Both the position numbers and the translations under genes were made by a program. DNA of 26,193 bases, counting the filler, from Halorussus marinus (lineage in GTDB: Archaea; Halobacteriota; Halobacteria; Halobacteriales; Haladaptataceae): assembly GCF_004765795.1 (NCBI RefSeq). It is 9 parts of 9 records of this genome, joined end to end, with 100 filler letters (N's around TTAATTAATTAA, not from the genome) between each part and the next. Parts side by side here need not be neighbours in the genome. Positions count along the whole stretch, not along the records: positions 25,027 to 26,193 come from NZ_SBIV01000032.1; 8 more parts are not named here. One strand, written 5' to 3'. Below are positions 25,104 to 26,193 of the stretch, piece by piece (position 1 is the first letter of the stretch; the number at the start of each line of letters is the position of its first letter). The notes beneath the pieces are model-generated. The model was not told the origin of the DNA. It did not search any database and was given only the letters and a program-made list of their open reading frames with translations.

Positions 25104-26193
25104 ATGCGGCGATCTGTTTTCGTGGGGCTGGTGGTGCTGACGCTCGTTGCGGGTGCGGTCGCGATACCGGGCGCGTTCGCGAGCCAAGACGGCGGAGACA
25201 GCACCAGCCAGCAGTACACCTACGACGACCTCGCGAACGGCGGCACCCAAGTCGACCAGCGCTATCCGTCGTTGCGGCCCGCGGGCACAAATACGGCGTT
25301 CTGGACGGTCCGGTACCCGCCGTCGGGGATCAACTCCTACGGCGGCCAGAACGCCAACAAGGAGTTCCTCTCGCCGGACACGACCGTCCGCCGGAACAAG
25401 ATCCGGATGATGGCCTCCCGGCCGTTCGACGGCTCGACGAAGTCCTACAAGTTCAAGGTCGTCTACTGGACCGCGACCGAGAAGCAAGTCACCGAAGGGA
25501 ACACCACGACGACCGAGACGGTCGCCGACGTCCAAGCGGTCGACACGAAGAAACTGGAGTTCGGACAGGGCTTCGGCCAGTTCGCAGACCTGAACCTCCG
25601 GAGCCACTACGAGGAGCCAGTCCGGGTGACGATCTGGAAGGTCGGGCAGAAAGACGAGGTGCGGTGGACGTTCCGCCATCAGTCGATTGCGACGGCCCAG
25701 CCGGTGAACATCGACAGCAAGAGCGATCTGACGCGGTGGCTGATGCTGTGGAACTTCCTGCCGTCGTTGGTGGTCCTCGGGATCGCCTCGCGGGGCGTGC
25801 CGAAGCTCCGGGAGGCCGCCGGGTCCGGACCCGACCGGACGGCGTTGCTGGTCGGTGGCGGGCTGTTCGTGACGATCGGATTCCTGATCTGGGGCTACGT
25901 CGAGCTCGCCTCGCTGGTGGCGGCGGTGCCGCTGGTGTTCCCGCTGGCGGTCGGCTGGGTCGCGGCGGCGATCCTGCTCGACCAAGACACAGCAGTCGAG
26001 GAGATCGGGCTGGTTCGGTTCGACACCGAGGCGGCGACGTCGCCGATCGACGAGGACGCGGAAGTCCTCGACGCCCTGGAGGCGGAGATCGAGGGGTACG
26101 ACGTGGTCGAGATGCCGAACGGGGACCTCGCGATCTACCAGGACGGGTTCGCGCCGTTCTGGGCGCGCTTGAAGGGCAAGTACGCGAAACTGG
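25104..26193 (+). CDS. N-terminal part of a ~576-aa secreted/polytopic membrane protein (continues as 8175->7252 on the minus strand)
   Basis: Manual translation MRRSVFVGLVVLTLVAGAVAIPGAFASQDGG...YTYDDLANGGTQV...VVYWTATEK...WTFRHQSIATAQPV, then three TM segments and ...LDQDTAVEEIG. There is no stop before the window end, and the frame matches the 305-aa ORF. Confidence 0.85.
   Translation, partial: MRRSVFVGLVVLTLVAGAVAIPGAFASQDGGDSTSQQYTYDDLANGGTQVDQRYPSLRPAGTNTAFWTVRYPPSGINSYGGQNANKEFLSPDTTVRRNKIRMMASRPFDGSTKSYKFKVVYWTATEKQVTEGNTTTTETVADVQAVDTKKLEFGQGFGQFADLNLRSHYEEPVRVTIWKVGQKDEVRWTFRHQSIATAQPVNIDSKSDLTRWLMLWNFLPSLVVLGIASRGVPKLREAAGSGPDRTALLVGGGLFVTIGFLIWGYVELASLVAAVPLVFPLAVGWVAAAILLDQDTAVEEIGLVRFDTEAATSPIDEDAEVLDALEAEIEGYDVVEMPNGDLAIYQDGFAPFWARLKGKYAKL

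Overview
This is haloarchaeal (class Halobacteria) DNA from the tail end of a draft assembly. Nine short contigs, in decreasing size order, are joined by artificial 100-nt spacers (N...TTAATTAATTAA...N), so neighbours across a spacer are not genomic neighbours. Sequence overlaps allow partial re-ordering: contig 7 (21889-23590) -> contig 9 (25027-26193) -> reverse complement of contig 1 (8175-1); contig 3 -> contig 4; contig 5 -> reverse complement of contig 8. The first path gives an ~11 kb single-strand, translationally coupled operon. It encodes several small membrane proteins, a ~576-aa secreted/polytopic protein, a 286-aa internally duplicated protein, a pleolipovirus-type P-loop NTPase, an Arg-rich ORF, a 1170-aa membrane-anchored protein with nested repeats around a low-GC variable domain, two more membrane proteins and the start of an MCM helicase. 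I read this as an enveloped, pleolipovirus-like virus/plasmid element with unusual gene content, apparently present in at least two sequence variants. The right end of contig 2 may be its start. Other contigs carry the end of a PGF-CTERM surface protein, a PNPOx-like protein, a PAS histidine kinase, tailed-virus tail/tail-spike genes cut by an IS5-type element, an HVO_A0114-type HTH gene, two Tat lipoproteins, a complete 16S rRNA gene with promoters and a minimal tyrosine-recombinase cassette. Family assignments come from motif recognition only; no searches were run.
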